Positions 9,584 to 19,719 are shown, counted from the first letter of the stretch. The stretch is 64,000 nt of DNA from an uncultured Planctomycetales bacterium (GCA_964474085.1 CAYYRJ010000001.1:91631-155630); one strand, 5' to 3'. The notes: generated by a model not told the origin, from the letters alone. A program made the numbers and translations.

Positions 9584-11332
9584 ATGGCGTATTCATTTAC
9601 CCAAATTGAAAAAGAAAAAAGTCGCACGATCACTGCGGCTTTTTTCTTTTTGGTGTTTGTTTATTTTGCCGGGATTTGGGTCATTGCCTTATTAATTAGA
9701 AATTTTTGGTTTTTTCAAAGTCAATTTGATTCCCGACATGTCGTTTTTTCGGATCAATCTTTTGTTTGGTTAGGTTGGTTGGACAGTTTTTATATTGCGT
9801 TTTGGTCTTTTGTTGTCGCAGGGGCCCATTGGTTCTTTGCCTCGTTGGGCTTAGTCGAACGGCTCAACGGTGTTTTTAATGCGAAGCCGCCTGACAGCAA
9901 TGATCCTGATGAGAAAATGTTTCAAAATATTGTTGAGGAAGTTTCGGTAGCTACCGGCGGGGTTCCCATTCGTCCGATGATAATCCCCAGCATGATGCTC
10001 AATGCTTGCGCTTATGCCGACGGGAATTCTGTCCCGGTCATTGCGGTGACCAAGGGACTTCTTTCAAAATTAAATCGCAATCAATTGGAAGCTGTCGTAG
10101 GTCATGAGGCCGCGCATGTTGTTAGCGAAGATTGTCAAAGCACGACGATTATAAGTGCGATGTTTGAAATTTTTGGCGCGGCTTTGATGGCGGGACAAAC
10201 CATTGCCGAGGGGGCGTTTGGAGCAAATAAAAGAGAAGACCGCAGTTGGGGGGTCAGTGGCAATTTCCCGTCGGGTGGTGGCAGAGGATCAGGACAAGGT
10301 GCTTTTTTTATCGTATTTGTGGTGATTATTATTTTTATCATTTGGCTCGTAAAAAGTTTGGCGCTCTTGATGCGAATGTTTATTTCCCGCCAGCGCGAGT
10401 ACCGTGCGGACGCGACCGCCGTGCGGTTGACCCGCAACCCCCAAGCCTTGGCCGAGGCTTTGTATATTATCGGTCACCGTCGGCATTCGCTCTATGAAGG
10501 GGAAGATTCTTTGCAAAGTTTATTTATCATAAACCCCGCCGAGTCGATTTTAAATGACCGCGAGGGTGTTGTCGCGGATTTGTTCTCAACGCATCCGCCA
10601 CTGCAGGAGCGGATCACAATCCTTTTGTCTATGGCCAATAGCAGTCAGGAGGTTTTAGAGAACACTCTCAAAAATGTCACGGACAAAGAAGAACAACAAT
10701 TGCAAGAGCGGCAAAAAGTTTTTGGTCAGGCTCAAGGCGGTTTGTGGTACGTCCAGACGCCGGGGAACAATTGGTCGGGGCCGCACAATATAAGTGCGAT
10801 GTTAGCTTTTGAATGGCTTGTGCCCCAGACTCGGGTTCGTAAAATGGGCGAGAACACGGTTATGCCCGTTTCGAGTATTGAAAATTATATGACCGCGCAT
10901 AAAGAGACATTAAAAAGTCATCCGGCGTTGACTTGCCCCTCGTGCAGCGGGACGATGGCAGAAATCCTTTATGAGGGCATCAAAATTCTGGAGTGTCAAC
11001 AATGTCACGGCGTTTTGGTCAATGAAGAAAAAATCAGTATGATTTTGGCACGTAAAGACAAGACTTTTGACAGCCGTATTAAGCAAATGGCAAGGACTTT
11101 GCTCGAGGAAAAACAATTGTCGATTAAGGATAGCAGTCTGTCTTTTGAGTCACAGCGAATGTATCGCTGCGATCAGTGCAAAAACAATCCGCACAAAATG
11201 CGGCGGCGAATTTTTAACCGTTATTTTCCTGTTGAGATTGATAAATGCCAGCAGTGCGGCTTGACGTGGTTTGATAAAGATGAGTTGGAAGTTATGCAAT
11301 GCCTGTATGAAATGCGAAATGCGCAACTTTAG
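9584..11332 (+). CDS. M48-family (HtpX-like) zinc metallopeptidase with two C-terminal zinc-ribbon modules
   Basis: N-terminal TM segments, HEXXH (GHEAAHV), a later TM hairpin and an Ala-Glu region. The C-terminus carries two Cys4 ribbons (CPSCSG...CQQCHG and CDQCKN...CQQCG). Sits directly downstream of lemA. Confidence 0.7.
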   Translation: MAYSFTQIEKEKSRTITAAFFFLVFVYFAGIWVIALLIRNFWFFQSQFDSRHVVFSDQSFVWLGWLDSFYIAFWSFVVAGAHWFFASLGLVERLNGVFNAKPPDSNDPDEKMFQNIVEEVSVATGGVPIRPMIIPSMMLNACAYADGNSVPVIAVTKGLLSKLNRNQLEAVVGHEAAHVVSEDCQSTTIISAMFEIFGAALMAGQTIAEGAFGANKREDRSWGVSGNFPSGGGRGSGQGAFFIVFVVIIIFIIWLVKSLALLMRMFISRQREYRADATAVRLTRNPQALAEALYIIGHRRHSLYEGEDSLQSLFIINPAESILNDREGVVADLFSTHPPLQERITILLSMANSSQEVLENTLKNVTDKEEQQLQERQKVFGQAQGGLWYVQTPGNNWSGPHNISAMLAFEWLVPQTRVRKMGENTVMPVSSIENYMTAHKETLKSHPALTCPSCSGTMAEILYEGIKILECQQCHGVLVNEEKISMILARKDKTFDSRIKQMARTLLEEKQLSIKDSSLSFESQRMYRCDQCKNNPHKMRRRIFNRYFPVEIDKCQQCGLTWFDKDELEVMQCLYEMRNAQL

Positions 11333-11558
11333 GCAGGTTAAATTCCAAGCGGGAAAGAAAAAATTTCTTTTCAGCGTTTGATCATCGTGCTATGATTCTT
11401 TCATTAAATCTTTCCTATTTTTGTCGTCGTGCAATTCTTCGTTTTCTGATCTGTTAAAAGTCCTTAGCCAGCAACATTTATTTGCTTTCCAAGGGCTTTT
11501 CTTTTATTGTTCTGAAATTTCCTAATATCATATCTTCCCCAAACAGGAGGGACACTTG

Positions 11559-14500
11559 ATGAAAAAAAATCTTTTCATGACAAACCATGCGTTTGCGCGT
11601 CGGGTAACGAGTTTTTTCATGCTCATTGTCTTTTCGCTGACCACGATTCTTTTGCCGGCTCAAGCCAGCGCCCAGAGCATTGGCATTCCCGGCGTTAATC
11701 TTCCGGCTGTCGGAACAATGCTTGGATTAAGCGAAAGTTTTCAACCGGCGATTATCCGTGGGATGACGGTGTATCCGGACAATCCTTTGAAATTTGATTT
11801 TATTGTCAATACTGGCGACAAAAACCTTAAAGGCCAGGCGCTTGAAAAAGAGTCGCAGAAGCTGATCAAATATTTTTTGGCGTCGTTAACGACACCGGAG
11901 AATGAGTTTTGGGTCAATCTCTCGCCGTATGAAAGCGGACGGATTATTCCTGAAGCTTTGGGTACAACCGAAATGGGCCGGGATATGTTGGCGCAGGATT
12001 ATATTCTTAAGCAGTTGACTGCGTCTTTGTTGTATCCGGAAAAAGATTTAGGCAATAAATTCTGGCAACGAGTGCATGAAAAAGCCAAAAAGCTTTATGG
12101 GGTCAGCGAAGTTCCAGTGGACACTTTTAATAAAGTGTGGATTATGCCGGACAAAGCAGCGGTTTACGAAAACGATAATCGGGTTTTTGTCGTCGAGCGG
12201 CATTTGAAGGTGATGTTGGCGGAGGACTATGAGAAAAATTTAACTCCCCCCAGCCCCCTCTTTAAAAAAGCGGGGGAGAGCGGGAGCACTCAACTAACCC
12301 CCTCTTTAGATAAAGAGGGGGAAGGGGGAGTTCTGAAGAATAACATTCCCTCCCAAATCATGCGCGAACTGATCATCCCCGAGATCGAAAAGGAAGTCAA
12401 CGAAGGGGAGAATTTTGCTGTTGTGCGACAGATTTATAATTCGATGATTTTAGCGACGTGGTACAAAAAACGTTTGAAAGAAAGTCTTTTGGGCCAAGTG
12501 TATGTTAACCAAAACAAAGTTAAGGGCATTGACTTAGCCGATAAAGCGACAAAACAAAAAATTTACGAACAGTATTTGGCCGCGTTTAAGAAGGGTGTTT
12601 ACAACTATATTAAGGAAGATGTCGACGCTCTGACTAACGAACCGATTCCAACCAAGTATTTTTCGGGCGGGTTGACCGCAGGTGCTGTGACACAAGCGGC
12701 TTTGACTGAATATAATGGTGAACTTTCCCGCCAACCGAAAGTTGTCTCTGCCGCGGTCACACAGCCGCTGACAGACAAGGGAGAGGACGTCGTTGTTTCC
12801 TCGACGCTGGTAGAAAATGCCAATCAAGCCCAAGCCGCCGCTGCAACTCCAATCAAGTCCGTTTTGACAGACCTCAGAACAAACGCTTCTTTCGCAATTC
12901 CGAAATCATCGTTTATGGATACTAAACTTTATCAACTCACCGGAGCAGCAAGTACGTGGTCTGTTTCCATGGGAGGGATAATGGAGAGAATTCAAGGTTT
13001 TGGACTTGGCGCAGAGACGTGGGCGATAGAGGCTGCCGAGTTTGCAACATATCATCCGGGAACAGTTTTGCTAGGCGCTATCGCGTTTTATGCAGTTGCC
13101 TCTTTTGACCCGATTGGGTACTTTAGAAATAAAGTGGATTTTAACTTAAGGCAAGCGAATGCACTTAAGGATGATGATCAAAAACGTTATCTTTATTTAG
13201 ATAGAATTGTTGCGCGGGGACAAGAAGTTGTTCCTGACTTATTGAATCAATTTCAACAGCCCGACGCTAGTCAGGCTAAGGTACGTGATATTGCTTATGT
13301 ATTGGGAAAACTTAAAGTTGCCCAAGCTGTTGAGCCGTTGATTTCTAAATTTAGTCAAAATATTGCAGTTGATGAAATTGTTGTAGCTTTAGGAGAAATC
13401 GGAGGACAGAAGGCTAGTGAACTGCTAGCACAACAGCTTTTAGAGAAAGGTTCACTTAGAAGCATCGCTGTTGCAGAAGGTTTAGTGAAATTGGGTGTTG
13501 ATCGTGGCAAAGAATTTTTGTTTGAAATGTTAAAGAGTACGGATATTAAGCTGCGGACAGCGGCCAGAGTTTCTTTAAGTCGTTTGGAGATCAATGATGC
13601 GCCCGCGGTTATAATTTATGATGAGGTTTATCAAAGACTGCAAGCAGTAGTAAGTCCTGAAAATATCACTCTTCAATATAATTTTGCTTCTGAATTTTCT
13701 GCGGCTTATGCGATTGCTTTGAGTGGAGGGGATTTTTACGTTACGTATGTTTCCGAGGCAACAGTTCTTCGTCCTGTTAAGGAAAATTCTTCCCTGAATG
13801 CTGATTATGAGAAAGTTATTGTGCCGGCAAAATTGGTAATTGTTAAAGAAGGTAATAAGTCTAGCCCTTCCTCCGCCTCGTCAGGGATTGATAAACTACA
13901 ACTCACCGGTGCGGTGGGTGATCTGACGGTTTCTGCACAGGGCGTTTCGGAGTTAGCAAAGGATTCGTTAACAGAAAGAACGTCTGATTCCAGCAGTTCG
14001 GCGATTACGCGATGGCTCGATAATTCATATCTTTGGAATGTCCGGCAATTGTTACCTCGTTTTCCCACAGAGAAAAGATTAAAAGCTCTCGGCAATTTGG
14101 TCCGCTTAAACGATTCCAGGGCTATAGAGTCGATCCGTCCTTTGTTGGGTGATGATAATTCACAGATCAAAGCTCGTGCCGCATATGCGTTAGGGCATTT
14201 TAATGATCAAAATGTAAAAGGTCAGCTTCTTTCTTTGTTGTCTGATCCTTGGACAGAAGTTCGAAAAGCTGCACGAGGAGCTCTCACGCGTTTTGGAACG
14301 GAAACTAATGAATTGATTGACGCGAATATAAAGGCACTTTCCGCTTCCAAGGAAGCTAGGCTTGAAGCGGCAAATGAGCTTGCGCAGTTAGGTCGCGGGA
14401 GGGACGACGTTTATAACGCATTACTTTCTTTATTGGAATCGATTGATTCTGATGATCGACTTGTTGGTGCAAACGCGTTAGGTTGGTTGCAAGATTCACG

Positions 14501-15785
14501 TGCCGGCCAACGGCTTTTAGCGTTATTAGACAAAGAGTTTGAATCAAGCAAAGTTATTGAGCAAGTCATACATTCTTTGGGGCGACTTAAAGAATATCAG
14601 GCGCAAGAGCCATTAATTAAGATGCTTTTTAGCTATAGCGAATTAGAGATCAGTGCGTATCGGGCATTGCGTCAGATTGGTGGCCCAAAGGCTAACTTTA
14701 TTATTTCTGTTGTTGAGAAAATAAAAAGCCAAAATCCTGATCTTTTGGATAGCGAGATTTTGGGAGTGTTATTGCCCAAAGTTTTTCTAATGTCCATTGA
14801 AGGATATGATTTTGTTGCGACCTATACGCCGCAAGAAGGTCATATGTCAACGCAGGTACAAGAAGGCTTTTATTCAGATGCCCAAGGATATGTGCCTTTT
14901 AGGCATGTATTTGGACCATACTTTATCCAGACCAAAGAGGGAATTCCTGTGAACGTGGTTAGAGGAAAAAAGACTTCGAATCCGATCGCCATTTTTTCAG
15001 CAGAATTTATTGATTCGTTGCGCAGTTCTCTTCAACCTCATTTAGAAGATGACCAATTGGGCGTTTCGCTGAGACTTGGTGAACCCCAGGAAGAAATCCA
15101 GAGTTCTTCCTCGGCCGCGATTGATATAGAAAAAATCATTACAGATATTAAATCTGGTGATCAACTGGCCGTTGAGACTTTGATTAGTTTGTTGGCAAAT
15201 GAATCTCGTTCTTATCGTCAGCGTGTTAGAGCAGTATTAAAAGATTTAAATATCAATGACCTTCGGATTGATCTTTATGACAGCGTTGAACAACGATTGC
15301 GGGCAACGGTTCCTGCCGATGTGGATTTTGATGTTTTTGGGCAAAAAGTCCTTGAAGCGTATCGCATTGTTTTGGCTGGGGATGATTTTAGTGCTGAATA
15401 TGTTCAAAGGATGCTAACAGAATATGATTGGAGCGGAATATATGATACTTATAGCTGGCCGGAGGATCCAAACAATCGCGAGTATCAAACTCTTGATCCG
15501 GACAGCTTGACTATTACAAGGATACCAAAGACTACAGATAGCGGTGTCGCCTCGGCCGCGGTGACCCAACCCGTCGGTGGTATCGACTTTAATTCGGCGG
15601 CGCTGGATTTGCAGATTAAACGCGACGGCAATGGTGTTGCGCTGCCCTTGCCGCAGCAGACAATTCAAAATATGAAAATCGACGGATTTTATCCGGTTAT
15701 TATCAACATCGCGCCGGTCAATATTCCGATGCTTTTGGGACAAAAGACACAAAAAGAGCCGATACAGTTAAGTGCGTTAAGATAA
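11559..15785 (+). CDS. Large secreted modular protein, paralog 2 of 4: conserved N-domain, HEAT-repeat core, conserved C-terminal tail
   Basis: RBS aggaggg. Signal peptide MKKNLFMTNHAFARRVTSFFMLIVFSLTTILLPAQASAQS. The N-domain is as in paralog 1. HEAT/PBS-lyase-like repeats are present (LGEIGGQKASELL, LGHFNDQNVKGQLLSLLSD, LGWLQDSRAGQRLLALL). The C-terminal tail is GGIDFNSAALDLQIKRDGNGVALPLPQQ...YPVIINIAPV. The first roughly 770 codons are nearly identical to the next gene. Confidence 0.75.
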   Translation: MKKNLFMTNHAFARRVTSFFMLIVFSLTTILLPAQASAQSIGIPGVNLPAVGTMLGLSESFQPAIIRGMTVYPDNPLKFDFIVNTGDKNLKGQALEKESQKLIKYFLASLTTPENEFWVNLSPYESGRIIPEALGTTEMGRDMLAQDYILKQLTASLLYPEKDLGNKFWQRVHEKAKKLYGVSEVPVDTFNKVWIMPDKAAVYENDNRVFVVERHLKVMLAEDYEKNLTPPSPLFKKAGESGSTQLTPSLDKEGEGGVLKNNIPSQIMRELIIPEIEKEVNEGENFAVVRQIYNSMILATWYKKRLKESLLGQVYVNQNKVKGIDLADKATKQKIYEQYLAAFKKGVYNYIKEDVDALTNEPIPTKYFSGGLTAGAVTQAALTEYNGELSRQPKVVSAAVTQPLTDKGEDVVVSSTLVENANQAQAAAATPIKSVLTDLRTNASFAIPKSSFMDTKLYQLTGAASTWSVSMGGIMERIQGFGLGAETWAIEAAEFATYHPGTVLLGAIAFYAVASFDPIGYFRNKVDFNLRQANALKDDDQKRYLYLDRIVARGQEVVPDLLNQFQQPDASQAKVRDIAYVLGKLKVAQAVEPLISKFSQNIAVDEIVVALGEIGGQKASELLAQQLLEKGSLRSIAVAEGLVKLGVDRGKEFLFEMLKSTDIKLRTAARVSLSRLEINDAPAVIIYDEVYQRLQAVVSPENITLQYNFASEFSAAYAIALSGGDFYVTYVSEATVLRPVKENSSLNADYEKVIVPAKLVIVKEGNKSSPSSASSGIDKLQLTGAVGDLTVSAQGVSELAKDSLTERTSDSSSSAITRWLDNSYLWNVRQLLPRFPTEKRLKALGNLVRLNDSRAIESIRPLLGDDNSQIKARAAYALGHFNDQNVKGQLLSLLSDPWTEVRKAARGALTRFGTETNELIDANIKALSASKEARLEAANELAQLGRGRDDVYNALLSLLESIDSDDRLVGANALGWLQDSRAGQRLLALLDKEFESSKVIEQVIHSLGRLKEYQAQEPLIKMLFSYSELEISAYRALRQIGGPKANFIISVVEKIKSQNPDLLDSEILGVLLPKVFLMSIEGYDFVATYTPQEGHMSTQVQEGFYSDAQGYVPFRHVFGPYFIQTKEGIPVNVVRGKKTSNPIAIFSAEFIDSLRSSLQPHLEDDQLGVSLRLGEPQEEIQSSSSAAIDIEKIITDIKSGDQLAVETLISLLANESRSYRQRVRAVLKDLNINDLRIDLYDSVEQRLRATVPADVDFDVFGQKVLEAYRIVLAGDDFSAEYVQRMLTEYDWSGIYDTYSWPEDPNNREYQTLDPDSLTITRIPKTTDSGVASAAVTQPVGGIDFNSAALDLQIKRDGNGVALPLPQQTIQNMKIDGFYPVIINIAPVNIPMLLGQKTQKEPIQLSALR
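11587..13889. repeat. Copy A of a 2.3-kb near-identical direct repeat (tandem segmental duplication)
   Basis: Matches 15905-18207 at a constant offset of 4318 bp. The embedded antisense ORFs translate identically. Only one a/g difference was noticed, near the 3' boundary. Confidence 0.8.
12241..12336. repeat. Palindromic element of about 95 bp inserted in-frame within a CDS (translates as LTPPSPLFKKAGESGSTQLTPSLDKEGEGGVL)
   Basis: ctccccccagccccctctttaaaaaagcgggggagagcggg...accccctcttt-agat-aaagaggggg (a perfect 10-bp stem) aagggggag. Near-identical copies lie at 16559-16654 and 20404-20499. Confidence 0.6.
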
Positions 15786-15876
15786 ATTATCAATAAGAAG
15801 AATATCTTTCGTGGCAGATTTTTTATTATCGTTCTAAAAAATTCCTCATTTTTCATTTAAACAGGAGGCACACATT

Positions 15877-18800
15877 ATGAAAAAAAACTTTTTTATGATG
15901 AATTATGCGTTTGCGCGTCGGGTAACGAGTTTTTTCATGCTCATTGTCTTTTCGCTGACCACGATTCTTTTGCCGGCTCAAGCCAGCGCCCAGAGCATTG
16001 GCATTCCCGGCGTTAATCTTCCGGCTGTCGGAACAATGCTTGGATTAAGCGAAAGTTTTCAACCGGCGATTATCCGTGGGATGACGGTGTATCCGGACAA
16101 TCCTTTGAAATTTGATTTTATTGTCAATACTGGCGACAAAAACCTTAAAGGCCAGGCGCTTGAAAAAGAGTCGCAGAAGCTGATCAAATATTTTTTGGCG
16201 TCGTTAACGACACCGGAGAATGAGTTTTGGGTCAATCTCTCGCCGTATGAAAGCGGACGGATTATTCCTGAAGCTTTGGGTACAACCGAAATGGGCCGGG
16301 ATATGTTGGCGCAGGATTATATTCTTAAGCAGTTGACTGCGTCTTTGTTGTATCCGGAAAAAGATTTAGGCAATAAATTCTGGCAACGAGTGCATGAAAA
16401 AGCCAAAAAGCTTTATGGGGTCAGCGAAGTTCCAGTGGACACTTTTAATAAAGTGTGGATTATGCCGGACAAAGCAGCGGTTTACGAAAACGATAATCGG
16501 GTTTTTGTCGTCGAGCGGCATTTGAAGGTGATGTTGGCGGAGGACTATGAGAAAAATTTAACTCCCCCCAGCCCCCTCTTTAAAAAAGCGGGGGAGAGCG
16601 GGAGCACTCAACTAACCCCCTCTTTAGATAAAGAGGGGGAAGGGGGAGTTCTGAAGAATAACATTCCCTCCCAAATCATGCGCGAACTGATCATCCCCGA
16701 GATCGAAAAGGAAGTCAACGAAGGGGAGAATTTTGCTGTTGTGCGACAGATTTATAATTCGATGATTTTAGCGACGTGGTACAAAAAACGTTTGAAAGAA
16801 AGTCTTTTGGGCCAAGTGTATGTTAACCAAAACAAAGTTAAGGGCATTGACTTAGCCGATAAAGCGACAAAACAAAAAATTTACGAACAGTATTTGGCCG
16901 CGTTTAAGAAGGGTGTTTACAACTATATTAAGGAAGATGTCGACGCTCTGACTAACGAACCGATTCCAACCAAGTATTTTTCGGGCGGGTTGACCGCAGG
17001 TGCTGTGACACAAGCGGCTTTGACTGAATATAATGGTGAACTTTCCCGCCAACCGAAAGTTGTCTCTGCCGCGGTCACACAGCCGCTGACAGACAAGGGA
17101 GAGGACGTCGTTGTTTCCTCGACGCTGGTAGAAAATGCCAATCAAGCCCAAGCCGCCGCTGCAACTCCAATCAAGTCCGTTTTGACAGACCTCAGAACAA
17201 ACGCTTCTTTCGCAATTCCGAAATCATCGTTTATGGATACTAAACTTTATCAACTCACCGGAGCAGCAAGTACGTGGTCTGTTTCCATGGGAGGGATAAT
17301 GGAGAGAATTCAAGGTTTTGGACTTGGCGCAGAGACGTGGGCGATAGAGGCTGCCGAGTTTGCAACATATCATCCGGGAACAGTTTTGCTAGGCGCTATC
17401 GCGTTTTATGCAGTTGCCTCTTTTGACCCGATTGGGTACTTTAGAAATAAAGTGGATTTTAACTTAAGGCAAGCGAATGCACTTAAGGATGATGATCAAA
17501 AACGTTATCTTTATTTAGATAGAATTGTTGCGCGGGGACAAGAAGTTGTTCCTGACTTATTGAATCAATTTCAACAGCCCGACGCTAGTCAGGCTAAGGT
17601 ACGTGATATTGCTTATGTATTGGGAAAACTTAAAGTTGCCCAAGCTGTTGAGCCGTTGATTTCTAAATTTAGTCAAAATATTGCAGTTGATGAAATTGTT
17701 GTAGCTTTAGGAGAAATCGGAGGACAGAAGGCTAGTGAACTGCTAGCACAACAGCTTTTAGAGAAAGGTTCACTTAGAAGCATCGCTGTTGCAGAAGGTT
17801 TAGTGAAATTGGGTGTTGATCGTGGCAAAGAATTTTTGTTTGAAATGTTAAAGAGTACGGATATTAAGCTGCGGACAGCGGCCAGAGTTTCTTTAAGTCG
17901 TTTGGAGATCAATGATGCGCCCGCGGTTATAATTTATGATGAGGTTTATCAAAGACTGCAAGCAGTAGTAAGTCCTGAAAATATCACTCTTCAATATAAT
18001 TTTGCTTCTGAATTTTCTGCGGCTTATGCGATTGCTTTGAGTGGAGGGGATTTTTACGTTACGTATGTTTCCGAGGCAACAGTTCTTCGTCCTGTTAAGG
18101 AAAATTCTTCCCTGAATGCTGATTATGAGAAAGTTATTGTGCCGGCAAAATTGGTAATTGTTAAAGAAGGTAATAAGTCTAGCCCTTCCTCCGCCTCGTC
18201 GGGGATTATGGAAAAGGCCAAGGCTCACGCTGTCATTTATTTCGGCCGTAAAGGTTTTAAAAAATCAATGCCTTATTTATTTAAGCTTTTAGGGCATAAA
18301 GATGAAAAGATTCGCTCAGAAGCTGAAGCAGTTTTAGTTAAGTTAGGGGCAACAAAAGAGCAAATGGTTGGTGCGTATATTATGGTTTTGAAAGGTTCTC
18401 CTAGGAACGGGGATCAGAAAAATGTTATTAAAAAATTGGGTGAAATTGGAGATAAAAAAACAATTGAGGTATTGTTGCCCTACTTAAAATTTAGTTGGTA
18501 CGAGTTTGAAGCCCAAACAGCTTTGGAAAAATTAGGCGTAACAAAAGAGCAAATAGTGGATTGGTATATTGTAGCTTTGAGTCAGGAACGAGATTATTAT
18601 AAGGATTATATTATTATAAGATTGGGTGAGCTTGGAGATCCGCGGGCAATTCCGGTATTATTGCCATATTTAGAAAGTAACGGTTTCACTGTAGCTAAAA
18701 TAGCTTTGACAAAGTTAGGCGTCACAAAAGAGCAAATGTCTGATGTTGTGAGTGAGCAGTTGGGAAGAGAATTTGTTGTTTATGATAAAAAACTCGATGA

Positions 18801-19602
18801 TAAGTATGTTTTAGATTTTAAAAGAAAACTTATTGGAAGATTAAATGAATTGGGGGATCCACGAGCAATTAAGCACTTATTGCCGTATTTAAATAGTAAC
18901 AATTACGCTGAAGCCCAAATAGCTTTGGAAAAATTAGGAGCAACAAAAGAGCAATTAACAGATGCGTATATTGTAGCGTTAGAAAACCCTTCTTTAGATA
19001 TTTCAATTGCTGCAGCAAATGCATTAGCTGACTTAGGGGATCAACGTTGCGTAGAGTTTTTGATTGAAACGTTGAAAAAAAGAAATGTGGTCAAGTCGTT
19101 AAATCGTCTGGGGATCCGTGACCCTAGGGTTGATCGTTTTAATGAGGTTGTTAGAAGAGTCCCTAGTAGTAATTTAATTGTTAAAGCGTATAACATTATT
19201 GAATCTGGTAATGATTTTATAGTTATTCATCACCCAGCTACGTATGAGATGTCAAATTATGACTGGTATGATCCGAACGGATTTAATTACGGACCTATTC
19301 CAATAGAGGTTTCTCCTTCTTCTGATTCACTTCAAATAATTCCAAAGGGTTCGCAGCCACCAGCAGCCTCGGCTGCTGTGACCACACCCGTTGGTGGTAT
19401 CGACTTTAATTCGGCGGCGCTTGATTTGCAGATTAAACGCGACAAAAAGGGCGTCCCGTTGCCTTTGCCCCAGCAGACGATACAAAACATGAAAATCGAC
19501 GGGTTTTATCCGGTCATTATCAATATCACGCCGGTCAATATTCCGATGCTTTTGGGACAAAAGACACAAAAAGAGCCGCAGCAGTTAAGTGCGTTAAGGT
19601 AA
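15877..19602 (+). CDS. Large secreted modular protein, paralog 3 of 4: N-terminus identical to paralog 2, different PBS-lyase HEAT-repeat core, conserved C-terminal tail
   Basis: RBS aggagg precedes ATG 15877. Identical to paralog 2 up to about aa 770, then at least five tandem repeats of about 46 aa (LGEIGDKKTIEVLLPYL..., LGELGDPRAIPVLLPYL..., LNELGDPRAIKHLLPYL..., LGxTKEQ). The C-terminal tail is GGIDFNSAALDLQIKRDKKGVPLPLPQQ...YPVIINITPV. Confidence 0.75.
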   Translation: MKKNFFMMNYAFARRVTSFFMLIVFSLTTILLPAQASAQSIGIPGVNLPAVGTMLGLSESFQPAIIRGMTVYPDNPLKFDFIVNTGDKNLKGQALEKESQKLIKYFLASLTTPENEFWVNLSPYESGRIIPEALGTTEMGRDMLAQDYILKQLTASLLYPEKDLGNKFWQRVHEKAKKLYGVSEVPVDTFNKVWIMPDKAAVYENDNRVFVVERHLKVMLAEDYEKNLTPPSPLFKKAGESGSTQLTPSLDKEGEGGVLKNNIPSQIMRELIIPEIEKEVNEGENFAVVRQIYNSMILATWYKKRLKESLLGQVYVNQNKVKGIDLADKATKQKIYEQYLAAFKKGVYNYIKEDVDALTNEPIPTKYFSGGLTAGAVTQAALTEYNGELSRQPKVVSAAVTQPLTDKGEDVVVSSTLVENANQAQAAAATPIKSVLTDLRTNASFAIPKSSFMDTKLYQLTGAASTWSVSMGGIMERIQGFGLGAETWAIEAAEFATYHPGTVLLGAIAFYAVASFDPIGYFRNKVDFNLRQANALKDDDQKRYLYLDRIVARGQEVVPDLLNQFQQPDASQAKVRDIAYVLGKLKVAQAVEPLISKFSQNIAVDEIVVALGEIGGQKASELLAQQLLEKGSLRSIAVAEGLVKLGVDRGKEFLFEMLKSTDIKLRTAARVSLSRLEINDAPAVIIYDEVYQRLQAVVSPENITLQYNFASEFSAAYAIALSGGDFYVTYVSEATVLRPVKENSSLNADYEKVIVPAKLVIVKEGNKSSPSSASSGIMEKAKAHAVIYFGRKGFKKSMPYLFKLLGHKDEKIRSEAEAVLVKLGATKEQMVGAYIMVLKGSPRNGDQKNVIKKLGEIGDKKTIEVLLPYLKFSWYEFEAQTALEKLGVTKEQIVDWYIVALSQERDYYKDYIIIRLGELGDPRAIPVLLPYLESNGFTVAKIALTKLGVTKEQMSDVVSEQLGREFVVYDKKLDDKYVLDFKRKLIGRLNELGDPRAIKHLLPYLNSNNYAEAQIALEKLGATKEQLTDAYIVALENPSLDISIAAANALADLGDQRCVEFLIETLKKRNVVKSLNRLGIRDPRVDRFNEVVRRVPSSNLIVKAYNIIESGNDFIVIHHPATYEMSNYDWYDPNGFNYGPIPIEVSPSSDSLQIIPKGSQPPAASAAVTTPVGGIDFNSAALDLQIKRDKKGVPLPLPQQTIQNMKIDGFYPVIINITPVNIPMLLGQKTQKEPQQLSALR
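15905..18207. repeat. Copy B of the 2.3-kb direct repeat
   Basis: See 11587-13889. Confidence 0.8.
16559..16654. repeat. In-frame palindromic element, copy 2
   Basis: Same sequence as 12241-12336. Lies inside the duplicated block. Confidence 0.6.
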
Positions 19603-19630
19603 AACAGTTTTAGAAAATTGTTTTTTAAAA

Positions 19631-19669
19631 GGCGGTGAGGCTTTGCAAAAGCTTCATCGCCTTTGTTTT
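19631..19669 (+). terminator. Intrinsic terminator after paralog 3
   Basis: ggcggtgaggct-(ttgcaaa)-agcttcatcgcc is a 12-bp stem with 2 G:U pairs, followed by tttgtttt. Confidence 0.65.
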
Positions 19670-19719
19670 GCCGTCCGGTTGCATAGTAAGAGAGTGACCT
19701 ATATACTTATACTATTATT

